A stretch of DNA of 64,000 nt from Opitutales bacterium (GTDB taxonomy: Bacteria > Verrucomicrobiota > Verrucomicrobiia > Opitutales > UBA2987). How positions within the stretch are numbered: the first letter of the stretch is position 1; each line of letters starts with the position of its first letter. Positions 9,711 to 22,744 of the stretch are shown in pieces. The stretch is taken from positions 315,362 to 379,361 of the forward strand of contig CBDDEL010000011.1 in the NCBI GenBank assembly GCA_965226885.1, written 5' to 3'. A program made the translations under genes and the position numbers. The notes beneath the pieces were generated by a model. That model was not told where the DNA came from, ran no database searches, and saw only the letters and a list, made by a program, of their open reading frames with translations.

Positions 9711-11278
9711 CCCGGATATTTCATGAAGGGTAAAGTTTGGCTCGTTATTGCTATTGGAGATGGATTTCTTTGTATTTTGAGCAGATCGTCTTGATTTTTA
9801 GGTGTTTTTCAGGGTGTAGAGACACTGCCCCCTTTCCCCCATTGGTTCGGTAGTGCCGGGGGCAGCACCAATGCACCCTTTAGGTTGGCACCAATCGGCG
9901 GGCCGCATGGTTGAAAAGACTGGCCCAAGGATAACTCTCACTTAGGTGAAAGTGAATCGTTCGGGTGTTGCGCACGATGACCGCTCCGATCTTGATTAAT
10001 TTGAGCCGCAGGGTGTGGCATTGGGCCCGCGCCCACTTCGTCCCTTTTAAGGCTAACCGGCGCATGGCTTCCATCAAGGTGTAGGCCAGCGCCGACAAGA
10101 GCAATCGCCACTGATTGGCCCACCATTGATGGGCGCTGGTGCGCTCGCTGAACAATTGCATCTGTTCCTTGATTCGGTTCTCCATTTCACCGCGGCCACA
10201 GTATACCTTGTCGTAAAGCTCCTGGGGATCGCCCGGCAGGTTCGTCACCACGAAGCGCGGGTTGGACCCCTGTGCGGTGTGTTCGGCTTTATGGATGACC
10301 AACCGCAGCCATCGCCACGAATCGGCAGCATAGACGAAGTCCTGGAATAACCGTTGTTTTTTACCCCTTAGTTCGAACCATTCTTTGGCCTGCTTTTGCA
10401 ACTGCTGGGCGTCTTGCTGCAAGCGTGCATTGCGAGCCATCCCCACGATGTAACTAACTTCGTTGCGGTCGCACCAAGAGAGTATCCGGTCTCGACAAAA
10501 TCCACTGTCGGCGCGCCAAATAATCCGCGTACGGGGCCAGCTTTGGCGAATCCGTTTAACCAGCAATTTGAGGATGGCCCCGGCATGCTTGCTGGCATCG
10601 ATCTTGCTCGGCCGCAGGTAGGCCACCAGCAGCTGATCACCGCAAAAAACATATAGCGGCAGAAAACAGTAATGATCATAATAACCGTGGAAAAAACGTC
10701 CCTCCTGGAGCCCGTGCACCGGATTGTCGGTGGCGTCAAAGTCCAGGATGATCTCTTCGGGTTCCTCGGCAAAGGAGCCCATGAACTGTTCGACCAACAG
10801 CTCGTTTACCGCAAAGGCCGCCCGCCGATCCTGCCCGTTTTCAAAACGACACAAAGTCGGCGCGCTGGCCAACGTTTCAATGCGCCCCGTTACCGTTTGC
10901 TAACAATGGATCGTGGCGCAGGGTATCAAAGTCGTTCAAATCCTCATAGCCCGCCACCAGCCCGTAAACGCGCTGCCGCAGCATCCCCAATACCTCATGG
11001 CGTACTTTGCCCTTCTGCCGTTTGTCCACTAACTGTCGGGCCGCTCGTTCGGTCAAGCCCAACTGCCGATCCACTTCCCGGATCAAAAGCAGTCCGGCAT
11101 CCGAAGTAACCTCTCCGCCCTTGAAATCAACCCGCACACGGCGGCCTTTTACCCTTGTCAACTGTAGCTTTAATTGTTTACCTTTTGTCATCGCTGATAT
11201 TGCTTTAATTATTGATCTATCCTGCTGTATATCAGCAGTTAAGCATATCAACGATACTTTTTTTACGAAATATCCGGG
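9711..11278 (-). mobile_element. IS1380-family element with frameshifted transposase (9880-11251)
   Basis: Both inverted repeats present; CTAA target duplication; +1 T near 10901 relative to the intact copy. Confidence 0.95.
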
Positions 11279-11300
11279 CTAAGTTTATCTCAATATCTTT

Positions 11301-12104
11301 TCAACTCCGGAAAAAATCTTCGGCGTTGTCTTTGGGTCGGTAGCCTAGTTGTTTGATGGTTTCCGTTAGGTCAAAAATGTTTCGGTCGTTATTGCTGGTG
11401 GCATAGGCGAGGAGGTATTTGGTCTCTACATCCAGGGAGCGGCGGAAAAAGCCAAAGGGAGCGGCGGAAAAAGCCAAGGCAGTCGCGGTGGCTCAGGTAG
11501 ATGGCCCGGAAATAGTCTTCGCCGCTGGTTCCCAATCTGGCGGAGGCGTTATTTTCCCGCACTATCCAGCCGATGCGCAGGCCGACGAATTCGAGGTTGT
11601 GCCGTTCGCTGTAGAGCTTGCCTAGATTTTCCCCGAAAAGTTTGGAAACGGCGTAGAGCGAATCCGGGTTGGGCGGTTCGTCGGTCTTCATGCGCCGGGT
11701 TTTTCGCGGGTCCAGGGTTTCGGGAGTGGTCAGGATGGTATTGCCGTGCTGGGTGTGGTTGGTGGTGGCAAAAACAAGCCGCCTCACGCCGGAGCGCCGG
11801 CACTCTTCGAAAACCTGAGAGGTGGCCTCGATATTATTTTTGCGCACACTTTCCCAGGAACCCAATGTGCTGGGGTCGGCGGCAAGGTGAATGACCGCGT
11901 GCAGTCCCTCGAATTTGCCTTTGACCCTTTGACCTCGTCTTCATCCGACAGATCGCAGCAGACGGACGGAAATGAGACCGGACCGAGGGTGAAAGAGGTC
12001 AGATCGCAATCGTTTTGCAAGCCTTCGCGGAGGATACCGCCGATAAGGCCATCCGCGGCCGTTATGCCAATTTTTTTTATCGTTTTTGAAGATAGATTGC
12101 TCAG
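11301..12104 (-). pseudogene. NAD-dependent epimerase/dehydratase (uronate dehydrogenase-like)
   Basis: KIGITAADGLIG, YAVSKLFGE and LRIG motifs. Frameshifted by tandem duplications at 11918-11933 (8 bp) and 11434-11477 (22 bp). Start is approximate. Confidence 0.82.
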
Positions 12105-13516
12105 GTGAAAAGAAATTCGTATATTCCACGCGCACCCCAACCGGCCAGGAAAAGACCACTCAGGATATTGAGAATACGCAAACCCCAACCCATGCGCAGG
12201 GCGCGGGGGAGGAATTTCCAGTCGGTCCAGACCATCAGCAGGCACCACAGCCCGCAAGTGAATACGCCGCCGAACAAAGCCGCCGGGGTGACAATCTGCA
12301 CGGGATTTCCGCCCAGCCACATGATGGCCAGACCAACGACTCCGCAGTAAGTAACGACCCAGGTTCGCACTTTCTTTAAGGGAGCGCGCCGGACCGCCGG
12401 CAATAACGGTTGCAGGCATTCCTTGGTCGTGCGGGTAAAGAGTTCGTAGGCCGCCAAAATGGTTCCGAAAAAAGCCAGAAACACTCCCGCCTCGTAGAGA
12501 TAAAGCAGTTTTGGGTGCAAGATGGTGAGAAAGCCCGATTGCACGGTGAGCAACTGCTGCCCCTCCGGGACGACTTGTTCCGGGTGCAGGGTGGCCGCCC
12601 CCAAAATCACGAAGGCAAATGTGAACAGAACCACACAGAGGAAGGATATCGAGACATCGCTGAAAGGAGCTTTCAACCATTGTTTGCCAAGGCGAATATT
12701 TTCGTCGTCTTCGGCCAAAGACACTCCTTTAGCCCCGCTCTCGATCTTTTGCCCCAGCAGGCCCCATTTCTTCTCCCGCAACATACCGATATAGCCGAAA
12801 TAGTCATAAGTGCCTCCACCCACCGCGCCCAGATAGGTGCCCACTTCGATCCATACGGGGCGGCTGGCGATGACCGGATAAGAGGCCGCCACCCATGGTT
12901 CGTAGGAGGGCATCCGCGGGATTACCGAACCCGCCAGGGCGGCCGCCCAATCGGGCTGGGAAGCCACGCAGGCGACCAGGATGCAGGCCAGAAAAAACGC
13001 CACCAAAAAGGTTTGGGTGTACTCCAGGGCGGCGTAAGATTGAATGACGGTCAGTGTGATGGCCACGACCACAAAGATCGTCCCCCAGACCCGCGCATCG
13101 CCCCAAAGTGGCGTACCCTCCAGCCCTAAAATCCAGATCGTGAGCCCTCCCAGCATTTTGGGCAAACCGGAAAGCCAGAGGGGAAAGCACAGGATAGACG
13201 TAATGGCCAAAATCCAGACCATCCAGCCCCTTGGGCCGGGTAAATAACTCCAGCGTTCGACGGGATGTTCCCCTGTCAAGGTTATGTAGCGGGCAGCCGT
13301 GTAAACCAGGATGAATTTCATCAACCCTCCCCCCAAAAAGCACCACAGCAAGGTATACCCGAAAATCGCCCCGCCTCTGGAAGCAAACACCGTTTCACCG
13401 CTTCCGATGGTGACCGATGCGATGATCGCCCCCGGCCCGAAAAAGGCGAAGACAGAAAGGAAGCCCCCTTTTTTCAGGGATTCGCCCAATGGGGGATAAC
13501 GATAGGGCTCTTTCAT
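12101..13516 (-). CDS. Nramp/MntH-related (APC-fold) membrane transporter
   Basis: FGPGAIIASVTIGSGE and GAIFGYTLLW motifs; about 11 hydrophobic segments. Confidence 0.8.
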   Translation of the reverse strand: MKEPYRYPPLGESLKKGGFLSVFAFFGPGAIIASVTIGSGETVFASRGGAIFGYTLLWCFLGGGLMKFILVYTAARYITLTGEHPVERWSYLPGPRGWMVWILAITSILCFPLWLSGLPKMLGGLTIWILGLEGTPLWGDARVWGTIFVVVAITLTVIQSYAALEYTQTFLVAFFLACILVACVASQPDWAAALAGSVIPRMPSYEPWVAASYPVIASRPVWIEVGTYLGAVGGGTYDYFGYIGMLREKKWGLLGQKIESGAKGVSLAEDDENIRLGKQWLKAPFSDVSISFLCVVLFTFAFVILGAATLHPEQVVPEGQQLLTVQSGFLTILHPKLLYLYEAGVFLAFFGTILAAYELFTRTTKECLQPLLPAVRRAPLKKVRTWVVTYCGVVGLAIMWLGGNPVQIVTPAALFGGVFTCGLWCLLMVWTDWKFLPRALRMGWGLRILNILSGLFLAGWGARGIYEFLFT

Positions 13517-13624
13517 AACAGGAGATGCTTGCGACGCTTGCTCTTTCAGCTATTGTCCTATCAACAAACAATAAAATTAAATACTGGTCAATCAATAGAA
13601 TCGGTTCCGGAGGCACCCATTTTC

Positions 13625-15406
13625 ATGAAAACTTCTCATACTCTTCAACTAACCGCAATACTGATTCTGTCTTCCATTATTTTTGTGACGGCGAATCCGA
13701 TTCTCTTGATTGGGAACAAATCCGACGACACGCTTACCTTTGTCGATGCCGAAACGCTCGCCGTGCTGGGCGAGACGACCACGGGGCGGGGACCTCACGA
13801 ATTGGTGGCCACTCCCGATGGCAAATGGGCCTACGTGGCCAATTACGAAGGAGCGGGCGACAGCCTTTCTCTCATCGACATCGAGAACCGCAGGGAAGTT
13901 AAAAAAATTCCCTTGAAACCTTATTTTGGGCCGCACGGAATTACGATTTCCAAAGATGGTTCCAAAATCTATGCCACTTGCCAGCGAAGCCAATGCGTCA
14001 TCGGGTAGTGTATTAAGTAGGAATGGTGGCTAATTCTTGATTATATTGATGAATGAAAAGTCTCAGACAGGTTTCATGCATACTCTTAAGCTTGGAAAAG
14101 GAGAGGGTTTTGCGTGTGAAACGACCCAGTCGTTGGCGCAGGGTATTGTTCCATCGTTCCACATGGGCCGTTTCACCGGTTTCTTTTCCCACGGATCGGT
14201 TATGAGGAAAGACTTCATCATAAGTGCTCCAAAAGTCGCTGTAGGTGGCACATCTTTTGTAGGCCCGTGGCAGACGCTCGTAAAGTTCCCGGCAACGATA
14301 CCAATCCCGAGGCCCAATGGCATAGGAGAGGATTTGACGGGTGCGTCGGCAAAGAGCGATCCAAACCCATTGGGCATCGCTCTTGCGCCCCACAAAAGAC
14401 CACAGTTCGTCCAGTTCAATGACATCATGGCGGCGGGCCGCAAGAATCGTGCTTTTGAGCGGTCGCAGCGATTGTCGTTTTTTTTAACCAACTCAAAACG
14501 GTGTTGGGACTCACCCCGAAGGCGCGCTGTAAACCGCGTAGACTGCTGCGTTCCTGATAGACTCGAAGGATCATTTCTTTTTGCTCTTCGGTGTATTTCA
14601 CTGTGGGGTTTTCGCGGCTTTGTTTACCACAATCATGGCAGCGGTAGCGCTGTTTATGGTTGGGCGTCTTGCCAAATTTAATGATATTTTCACTTCCACA
14701 GTGCCGACAATTAATAATTTTAGTAACCATGCACTAAAAATAAACTGCCTAACGCTATTTGTACAGCTAAAAATACAAAATAACATTCTTTTTTTATACA
14801 CTACCCGTCATCGAACTGGACACCGAAAAACAGGAGGTTGCGCGCATTTTTAAAACCGGCCAGAAAGGAACCCACATGCTCGTCCTTTCACCGGACGAAA
14901 AAAAGATTTTTACCGCCAATATGGGCAGCGGCAGCGTTACCGTAATCGATCTGGAAAAAGGAGTTGCCATTGCCAACATCAAAACGGGTGAGGAATGCGA
15001 AGGGATCGACATCACCCCGGACGGCAAAGAAGTATGGGCCAGCAACCGGGCCGAGGACACCATTTCGATTATCGACGCCTCCAGCCATGAGGTGGTTGCG
15101 ACCATTTCCTGCCAAGGTTTTCCTATTCGCGTAAAAATAACCCCCAAGGGCGACCTGGCTTTGGTCTCCTGCGCCCGGCGCAATGAGGTGGCGGTCTTCG
15201 ACGTGGCCGCTCGAAAACTCCTCCAACGTATCCCCACCGGAACATCCCCGGTCGGCATTCTCATCGAACCGAACGGAAAACGGGCATTCATCGCCAACAC
15301 ACGCAGCGACAAAGTAATCGTGCTGGATTTGAAATCTCTAAAAATTACGGGATCGATTGCCGCAGGCAACACGCCCGATGGTTTGGCCTGGGCCATTGCC
15401 CATTAA
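13625..15406 (+). pseudogene. Secreted YVTN/YncE-type beta-propeller protein split by IS1
   Basis: Signal peptide and repeated TPDGK.xYVAN blades; the two halves rejoin across the IS1 target duplication. Confidence 0.88.
14004..14805 (-). mobile_element. IS1-family element type 1 (transposase 14013-14730)
   Basis: Near-identical to 7373-8174; 8-bp target duplication CGTCATCG. Confidence 0.95.
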
Positions 15407-15440
15407 TTGGATTGCCGCGGCTAAACGGCAGGCGCGCAAC

Positions 15441-16421
15441 TCAATCCCTGCGCCGGTTTTCCCATACTTCAGGATTCAGCAAAGTTGGGGGCTGCTCGCC
15501 CCGCAAAGCCATCAGCATGTTGCGGGTCGCCACGGTGATTGCCTTATGCATCATTTCCCGCGTGACTCCGGCGATGTGGGGGCTGGCTACTACATTTTCT
15601 AGATAGCGCAGGGGATTGTCCACGGCGGTGGGTTCCGTTTCCCAAACATCCAGGGCCGCTCCCGCCAATTGGCCACTTTGCAGCGCCTCCAATAAATCCG
15701 CCTCGACCACGAGCGCTCCCCGGGCTACATTGATGAGGTAAGAGCCTTTTTTCATCTGCGCCAGGCTCTCTTTATTGATCATGCCTTGGGTCTCCGGCAG
15801 GGCGGGCACATGCAGGGAAACCATATCGGACTTTTGATACAAATCGGATAGATCCTTCAATAGTTCCACGCCCAGCTCCCTGGCCCGCTCGGCCGAAACG
15901 AATGGATCGTAGGCCACCACTTTCATTCCAAATACGTGCGCTATTTCCACCATACGCCCACCGATTCGCCCAAGCCCCACAAGACCGAGCGTTTTTCCCA
16001 CCAGTTCAAACCCCGTCTGTTTTTTAACCTTGGGCCATTGACCCTCTTTCATGGTTTTATTAGCCACCGTGATGTTGCGGGCCAGATTGAGGATAAAACC
16101 GAAGGCCAGTTCAGCCGTCGATTCAGTGGGCGCATCCGGTGTGTTCATGACACAAACTCCGTGTTCGGTGGCCATCTGTAAATCGACGCTGTCGTAGCCG
16201 ATGCCGAGCCGGGTGAGCACTTTGAGTTTTTTGGCCCTCACATAGGTGGCGTTCTGGCTGGCCGGAAAAACGGCGCCGATGAAGGCCGCGTCGGCTTCCT
16301 CCAATTCATCCAATGGATCGTCCGGATTCGGGTTTACGTTCGGGCCGATTAATTGCGCCTCTTTTCTGACTATTTCCAAAGTTTCCGGGGGAACCCCCAA
16401 ATCGTACCAAACTTTAATCAT
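15441..16421 (-). CDS. D-isomer-specific 2-hydroxyacid dehydrogenase (SerA-like, no ACT domain)
   Basis: GLVGLGRIG, LINVARG, AALDVWETEP and SPHIAG motifs. Confidence 0.9.
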   Translation of the reverse strand: MIKVWYDLGVPPETLEIVRKEAQLIGPNVNPNPDDPLDELEEADAAFIGAVFPASQNATYVRAKKLKVLTRLGIGYDSVDLQMATEHGVCVMNTPDAPTESTAELAFGFILNLARNITVANKTMKEGQWPKVKKQTGFELVGKTLGLVGLGRIGGRMVEIAHVFGMKVVAYDPFVSAERARELGVELLKDLSDLYQKSDMVSLHVPALPETQGMINKESLAQMKKGSYLINVARGALVVEADLLEALQSGQLAGAALDVWETEPTAVDNPLRYLENVVASPHIAGVTREMMHKAITVATRNMLMALRGEQPPTLLNPEVWENRRRD

Positions 16422-16520
16422 AATAATTTAAATGCTAGAACCTATCTTAATAACTGTTTTCGTTTTCGAGGCATTTTGCGCCCCTTAAAGTAATAAACCA
16501 TACATGCGCATTGCTGTAGG

Positions 16521-17951
16521 TCAAATATCGCTTTGCCAATTCTTTAATTCCTCCACCGTTTTAACGTAAGGCTTGAGCGATAAATAGAGAATGAGGGCGG
16601 CAAGCAGATGGGCGCCTAGACCGACGCAAAAGAGGGAATAACGCAGCATCTGCAAATCCATGAAAACGTGTTCGGTCAGGTAGGCGATGGCGGTAGGCCC
16701 CAGCCCCAGCCCGATGATATTGATGACAAACAGATAAATGGCGGAGGCTTGCCCACGCATTTGCGGTGGCATCATTTCCTGAATGGCGGCGGCGGCGCAT
16801 CCAAACGGCATGGCGCCGGCAAAGAGAGTGGGAAATATAAAGACCAGGGACCAGGTCGCCGATGGCATAAGCGGATAAAGAGCGCCAAAAGGCAGCCAGA
16901 CCACAGCGGCTATGAAGATGGCCAGCATGTTGGCGCTTTTGTATCCCCGGCGGGTCAAAAAATCGGCCAATCTTCCCCCGCATAGAACACCGGAAGCGCC
17001 TGCCGCCATGGTTACGAGACCGTACCAAATGCCTCCCTGCCCCGGCGACCAGCCATAAGTGCGCCCCAAAAAAGCCAAGTCCCAAAATCCCCCGGAATAA
17101 GCGGCTAGGGATAGAAAAGCCACTCCCAGGTTGTGGCAAAGGACCGTTTTCCAATTTTTTTTCAGATAGCACAACACCACACCCACCGGAACCTGGGTGG
17201 CCTGTTTCCCTTTTCCCGAAATCACACCCCGCCGAATCGGTTCCTTCACCGTCCAGAGTAGCGACGTCAAGACCAACCCCGGCAGGCCAACGGCAAAAAA
17301 GACCATCTGCCAGGGGCGCAAATCGCCCACAATGGGGAATGGTGCTCCCTCCCGAGCCTCCACGAGGTGCGTCGCCCAATCGAAAATTATGGCCCCGCCG
17401 GTAAATGCCGCCCCCGAGCCGAAATAGATGCCCATCGAATAAACACTCAGGGCGGTGGCCAGTTTGTGCCGCGGAAAATAATCGGCGATGAGGGAGAATG
17501 CGGCCGGGGAGAGAGTCGCCTCCCCCACCCCTACCCCCATACGCAGTAGGAGCAGTTGCCAGAAACGCCCGGCAAATCCGCACAAAGCAGTCATGGCACT
17601 CCACAGGGCCACTCCACAGGCAATGATGCTCTTACGGTTACGGGAGTCGGCCAGCCGCCCAATGGGTATCCCGAAGATGGTGTAAAATATGACAAAACTC
17701 AATCCGCCAATGTAGCTAACCTGTAGGTCTGTCAGCCCCAAATCGGCCTTCATCGGCTCCACCAGCAAGGCGATAATCTGGCGGTCCACAAAGGAAAGGA
17801 TGTAAAAAACCATGAGCACCCCGACCACATACCAGGCATAACCTTCGCGTGGATAGGGTGGCTCTGCCCTTACGTCACTCGCGGCGGGAGCGTCACCACT
17901 ATTTTCTACAATATCCGTTGGTTCAGCCATTGTGCCTGGCCCACGAAGCAT
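16521..17951 (-). CDS. MFS transporter (spinster-like)
   Basis: SFVDRQ, GRLADSRNRK and RMGVGVGEA motifs; about 12 TM segments. Confidence 0.92.
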   Translation of the reverse strand: MLRGPGTMAEPTDIVENSGDAPAASDVRAEPPYPREGYAWYVVGVLMVFYILSFVDRQIIALLVEPMKADLGLTDLQVSYIGGLSFVIFYTIFGIPIGRLADSRNRKSIIACGVALWSAMTALCGFAGRFWQLLLLRMGVGVGEATLSPAAFSLIADYFPRHKLATALSVYSMGIYFGSGAAFTGGAIIFDWATHLVEAREGAPFPIVGDLRPWQMVFFAVGLPGLVLTSLLWTVKEPIRRGVISGKGKQATQVPVGVVLCYLKKNWKTVLCHNLGVAFLSLAAYSGGFWDLAFLGRTYGWSPGQGGIWYGLVTMAAGASGVLCGGRLADFLTRRGYKSANMLAIFIAAVVWLPFGALYPLMPSATWSLVFIFPTLFAGAMPFGCAAAAIQEMMPPQMRGQASAIYLFVINIIGLGLGPTAIAYLTEHVFMDLQMLRYSLFCVGLGAHLLAALILYLSLKPYVKTVEELKNWQSDI

Positions 17952-18044
17952 TCCCCAAAGCCGGAAGAAGTCAAGGGAGGAGCCACCAGCCCGACCACGG
18001 AACTATATAAATCCCGCAACTCATCCGGCTTCCCTGCATACAAA

Positions 18045-19469
18045 TTAATACTTGTAGTGGGCCGCTTTGTAGGGTCCGTTGACCGGCACCCCAATGTAGT
18101 CGGCCTGTTCCTGAGAGAGGACAGTTAGTTTGGCCCCAATTTTATCCAGGTGCAGGCGGGCCACCTCTTCATCCAGTTCCTTAGGCAATACGTAAACGCC
18201 GGGTGTGTATTTTTCCAGACTTTCCCATAGATCGACCTGGGCCAGCACTTGGTTGGTAAAGGAGTTGGACATGACAAAAGAGGGGTGCCCGGTGGCGCAG
18301 CCCAGATTGACCAGACGACCCTCAGCCAGCATGAATACCTGGTGCCCATCCGGGAATGTGTAGCGGTCCACTTGCGGTTTGATGTTTTCTTTGACCACCC
18401 CTTCTTCGACATTCAGTTTTTCGACCTGGATTTCGTTGTCGAAATGCCCGATATTGCAAACGATGGCCTGGTCTTTCATGCGGGCCATGTGGGCGGTTGT
18501 GATGATATCCTTGTTGCCTGTGGTGGTGACGTAAATATTGCCCTCCCCGAGGGAATCTTCCAAAGGTTTGACCTCAAAACCCTCCATGGCCGCTTGCAAG
18601 GCGCAAATGGGATCGATTTCGTTCACGATTACCCGTGCACCCTGGAACCGGAGCGCTTGGGTACAGCCTTTGCCCACATCTCCGTAACCGCAGACGACGG
18701 CTGTTTTTCCCGCGATCATCACGTCCGTGGCCCGTTTGATGCCGTCGATCAATGACTCCCGGCAGCCGTAAAGGTTGTCGAATTTCGACTTGGTAACCGA
18801 ATCGTTTACGTTGATGGCAGGAACAAGCAGGGTGCCCGCTTCCTGCATTTGATAGAGGCGGTGCACACCGGTAGTGGTCTCTTCGGAGACGCCTTTCCAT
18901 TCCTTGACCACATTGTTCCAATGGATGGGGTCTTCGGAAAGTATTTTCCTCAACAGGTCTTTAATGACGCCTTCTTCGATGCTTCCGGAAGCATCGTCGA
19001 TCCATCGGCTGCCATTCTCCAGTTCATAGCCTTTGTGAATGAGGAGGGTGGCGTCGCCCCCGTCATCGACGATCAGCCGGGGCCCTTTGCCATCGGGCCA
19101 GGTCATGGCTTGGTAGGTGCACCACCAGTATTCCTCAAGGCTCTCCCCCTTCCAGGCAAAAACCGGCACTCCGGCAATGGCCATGGCTGCGGCGGCGTGG
19201 TCCTGAGTGGAAAAAATATTGCAACTGCACCAGCGAATATCGGCCCCCAGGTCCCGCAGGGTCTCGATGAGGACCGCCGTTTGCACCGTCATGTGCAGGG
19301 AACCCATGATGCGTACGCCGCCCAGGGGCATTTTACCGGCGTATTTTTCCCTCAAAGCCATGAGCCCGGGCATTTCTTTTTCTGCGATGCCTATTTCGCT
19401 GCGTCCCCAGTCGGCCAGGTTGATGTCTTTGACTTTGTAATCCTGCGCAACTTCGGTTTTTGTACTCAT
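18045..19469 (-). CDS. ahcY: Adenosylhomocysteinase
   Basis: [29 protein letters not shown] and GHPSFVMS signatures. Confidence 0.98.
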   Translation of the reverse strand: MSTKTEVAQDYKVKDINLADWGRSEIGIAEKEMPGLMALREKYAGKMPLGGVRIMGSLHMTVQTAVLIETLRDLGADIRWCSCNIFSTQDHAAAAMAIAGVPVFAWKGESLEEYWWCTYQAMTWPDGKGPRLIVDDGGDATLLIHKGYELENGSRWIDDASGSIEEGVIKDLLRKILSEDPIHWNNVVKEWKGVSEETTTGVHRLYQMQEAGTLLVPAINVNDSVTKSKFDNLYGCRESLIDGIKRATDVMIAGKTAVVCGYGDVGKGCTQALRFQGARVIVNEIDPICALQAAMEGFEVKPLEDSLGEGNIYVTTTGNKDIITTAHMARMKDQAIVCNIGHFDNEIQVEKLNVEEGVVKENIKPQVDRYTFPDGHQVFMLAEGRLVNLGCATGHPSFVMSNSFTNQVLAQVDLWESLEKYTPGVYVLPKELDEEVARLHLDKIGAKLTVLSQEQADYIGVPVNGPYKAAHYKY

Positions 19470-19538
19470 AACATTAAATAATCAGTATTGAAGGTTGGGG
19501 CGACTGGCCGCGCTTGCGAACTTCGCCGGGGGGATGCC

Positions 19539-20705
19539 TTATCCCAGTTGTTTTAACAATTGGCCGGTTCGATTAACCTGTTCCCATGGATGATCCTGTT
19601 TGGTAAAATGTCCGTATTGGGTGGTTTGGCGGTAAATGGGCCGCAATAAGTCGAGCTGCTTTATTATTTCCGCCGGCTTGAAGCTGAATACCGCTTTAAT
19701 TGCATCCGTCAATCGCCCATCGGAAACCTTGCCGGTGCCGAAAGTATTGGTCAGGATACTGGTCGGCTCAGGATAACCGATGGCGTAGGCGACCTGTAAT
19801 TCAACCCGATCGGCCAGACCCGCGGCAACGATGTTCTTGGCCACCCATCGGCACATGTAGGCCGCCGAGCGATCTACTTTCGAGGCGTCCTTACCGGAAA
19901 AAGCCCCTCCGCCATGCCGGGACCATCCTCCGTAGGTATCGACAATAATTTTACGCCCGGTCAGACCGGCATCGCCTTGTGGCCCCCCGATGACAAATTT
20001 TCCGGTCGGATTGATGAAGTAATCGGTATTTTTGGTTAAAAGTTTTTTCGGCAAAACTTTGGGGATCACCTTCCCGATGATAAAATCGGATATGGTGGCA
20101 TGTTCGGTTTCCTCTGTGTGCTGCGTCGATACCACTATGCTGGCGATTTCGATCGGCCCTTTGGAGTTATAAACCACCGCCACCTGTGATTTGCAATCGG
20201 GCCGGAGCCATTTCTGCCTTCCCGAGCGGCGAACGCGGGCCAGCTCCTGATTGATGCGGTGGGCATACATGATGGCCGCCGGCATCAACTCCTTGGTTTC
20301 ATTGCAGGCATAGCCGAACATGATGCCCTGGTCCCCGGCCCCCTGCTCCGCGCTTTTCTTGCCTTTTGCCCGTTTGGCGTCCACCCCCTGGGCAATATCG
20401 GGGGACTGCTGGGTCAAATGGTTGGCAATAAAAACCGTGTCGGCGTGAAAAACATCGTCGTTGTTGACATAACCGATATCCCTGATGGCCTGGCGCACGA
20501 CCTGGTCGTAATTGACATCGGCCTTGGTGGAAATCTCCCCCGCCAGAAAAACGCAATTGCTTTTAACCAATGTTTCGCAGGCTACCCGGCTGGTCGGATC
20601 TTGCTCCAGGCAGGCATCCAGGATGCTGTCGGAGATGTAGTCGGCCACCTTGTCGGGATGCCCCTCGCCCACTGATTCAGAGGAAAATATGAACTCTTCT
20701 GCCAT
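19539..20705 (-). CDS. metK: S-adenosylmethionine synthetase
   Basis: [17 protein letters not shown] and GGGAFSGKD signatures. Confidence 0.98.
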   Translation of the reverse strand: MAEEFIFSSESVGEGHPDKVADYISDSILDACLEQDPTSRVACETLVKSNCVFLAGEISTKADVNYDQVVRQAIRDIGYVNNDDVFHADTVFIANHLTQQSPDIAQGVDAKRAKGKKSAEQGAGDQGIMFGYACNETKELMPAAIMYAHRINQELARVRRSGRQKWLRPDCKSQVAVVYNSKGPIEIASIVVSTQHTEETEHATISDFIIGKVIPKVLPKKLLTKNTDYFINPTGKFVIGGPQGDAGLTGRKIIVDTYGGWSRHGGGAFSGKDASKVDRSAAYMCRWVAKNIVAAGLADRVELQVAYAIGYPEPTSILTNTFGTGKVSDGRLTDAIKAVFSFKPAEIIKQLDLLRPIYRQTTQYGHFTKQDHPWEQVNRTGQLLKQLG

Positions 20706-20796
20706 AAAAGTTGTTTAATATCGGATTTATTGCCGAAATTTTCAATAAAACCCTCCATGCGCAAAACGGGTTTCCGCGTGGAGAGGCGGATAAAAG

Positions 20797-22578
20797 CTAA
20801 AGACGGGAAACCAGCGATTGCCTTTCAAAAATGAGTTCCTTGGGCAATCTCTCGGCCAGCTTTAAATACAATTCCTCGTGGCTGAGGGTTTGCAGCTTCA
20901 ACCGTTTCGGGTCGACAGCCATCAATTCGTTCCACTGCTCCTCGGTCATGTCGAGCCCCTCCAAATTCATATCGGAGATGCGGGGGACCCACCCGATTGG
21001 CGTTTCCACGGCTCCCGCTCGATCCAGAGAACGCTCCACGATCCACTTGAGCACCCGCATATTTTGGCCATAGCCAGGCCAGAGAAATTTTCCCTCCTCG
21101 TTTTTGCGAAACCAGTTGACGTGGAAAATCCGGGGCGGCTGCGCCAGGGTCTTGCCCAATTGCAGCCAGTGTTTAAAATAATCCCCCATATGGTAGCCGC
21201 AAAAGGGCAGCATGGCCATCGGGTCGGTGCGCAATGCGCCTAACTGGCCCTCGGCCGCAGCCGTCATTTCGGAACCCATGGTGGCTCCTACGTAAACGCC
21301 GTGGGCCCAGTTGTAAGCCTGAAATACTAGGGGCACATCGTGCATCCGGCGCCCACCGAAGATAAAGGAGCTGATGGGCACACCACGCGGGTCTTCCCAG
21401 GCCGGATCGATAGTGGGGCACTGCCCGGCGGGGGCCGTGAAACGGGAGTTCGGATGCGCCGCCACCCGGCCGCAATCGGGCGTCCAGTCGTTGCCCAGCC
21501 AGTCGATGAGGTGGGCGGGAGCCTCTTCGGTCATTTCCTCCCACCAGACATCTCCGTCGTCGGTCAGGGCCACATTGGTAAAAATGGCGTTTTCGAGCAT
21601 GGAATCCATGGCATTGGGATTGGTGTCGTAGGACGTGCCCGGTGCCACCCCGAAAAAGCCCGCCTCTGGATTGATGGCGTAAAAACGCCCATCCGCTCCC
21701 GGTTTGATCCAGGCAATATCGTCGCCAATGGTTGAAATCTTCCAGTCAGACATTTCATCCGGCGGGATAAGCATGGCGAAATTGGTTTTGCCGCAGGCGC
21801 TGGGAAAAGCGGCCGAAACATAGGTTTTATCACCCTCCGGCGATTCTACCCCTAAAATCAGCATATGCTCGGCCAGCCAGCCTTCGTCCCGCGCCATGCA
21901 GGAAGCGATCCGCAGGGCCAGGCATTTTTTGCCCAGCAAGGCGTTGCCTCCATAACCGCTTCCATAAGAGAATATCGAGCGCTCCTCGGGAAAGTGGACG
22001 ATGTAGCGATTGTCGGGATTGCAGGGCCAGGAAACATCTGCTTGGCCTTCGGCCAGCGGATGGCCGACAGAGTGCAGGCAGGGGACAAAAAACCCGTCCT
22101 CACCCAGAACCTCGAGAACTTTTTCACCGATCCGGGTCATGATGCGCATATTGACGACCACATAGGGAGAATCCGTTAATTCCACCCCGATATGGGAAAT
22201 GGGCGAACCGATGGGTCCCATGCTGAAGGGTATGACGTAAAGAGTGCGCCCCTTCATACAGCCTTCGAACAAACCGTCCAGGGTGCGGTGCATTTCCACC
22301 GGCTCGGCCCAATTGCTCATGGGGCCGGTGTCGGCTTCATCGACACTGCATATATATGTGCGGTCTTCCACCCGGGCCACATCCCGCGGATCGGAGCGGC
22401 AAAGGAAGCTATTGGGCCGTTTTTCCGGGTTCAGACGGATAAAAGTTTCACTTTGCACCATCAAATCGCAAAGAGATGCGTTTTCCTCAGCGGAACCGTC
22501 GCACCAATGGACATCGTCCGGCTGGCAAAGCTTTTTTACATTTTCGACCCATTCGTTGAGGGCTTTGTGATTATTCAT
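20797..22578 (-). CDS. pckG: Phosphoenolpyruvate carboxykinase (GTP)
   Basis: [29 protein letters not shown] and HPNSRF motifs. Confidence 0.97.
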   Translation of the reverse strand: MNNHKALNEWVENVKKLCQPDDVHWCDGSAEENASLCDLMVQSETFIRLNPEKRPNSFLCRSDPRDVARVEDRTYICSVDEADTGPMSNWAEPVEMHRTLDGLFEGCMKGRTLYVIPFSMGPIGSPISHIGVELTDSPYVVVNMRIMTRIGEKVLEVLGEDGFFVPCLHSVGHPLAEGQADVSWPCNPDNRYIVHFPEERSIFSYGSGYGGNALLGKKCLALRIASCMARDEGWLAEHMLILGVESPEGDKTYVSAAFPSACGKTNFAMLIPPDEMSDWKISTIGDDIAWIKPGADGRFYAINPEAGFFGVAPGTSYDTNPNAMDSMLENAIFTNVALTDDGDVWWEEMTEEAPAHLIDWLGNDWTPDCGRVAAHPNSRFTAPAGQCPTIDPAWEDPRGVPISSFIFGGRRMHDVPLVFQAYNWAHGVYVGATMGSEMTAAAEGQLGALRTDPMAMLPFCGYHMGDYFKHWLQLGKTLAQPPRIFHVNWFRKNEEGKFLWPGYGQNMRVLKWIVERSLDRAGAVETPIGWVPRISDMNLEGLDMTEEQWNELMAVDPKRLKLQTLSHEELYLKLAERLPKELIFERQSLVSRL

Positions 22579-22744
22579 GATACTATTTTCAGGTATGGTG
22601 ATTTCTCAGGTTTATGGAAAAAACACTCCTTCATAGTTCGTGGAAAATAATTGGCAACCATTAATGAAAAATTCTCCCTCCCGGTGCGTATCCAAATCAA
22701 AAACGCTTGGTTTTAGGAAATGGGGCGCATAAAGTGCGGAGTTC

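Noticed and set aside
19470..20796. SAM or SAH riboswitch upstream of ahcY or metK
   Set aside because: The spacers are only 69 and 91 bp and lack recognisable aptamer consensus; the hairpin near 20750-20787 looks like a simple terminator-type stem.
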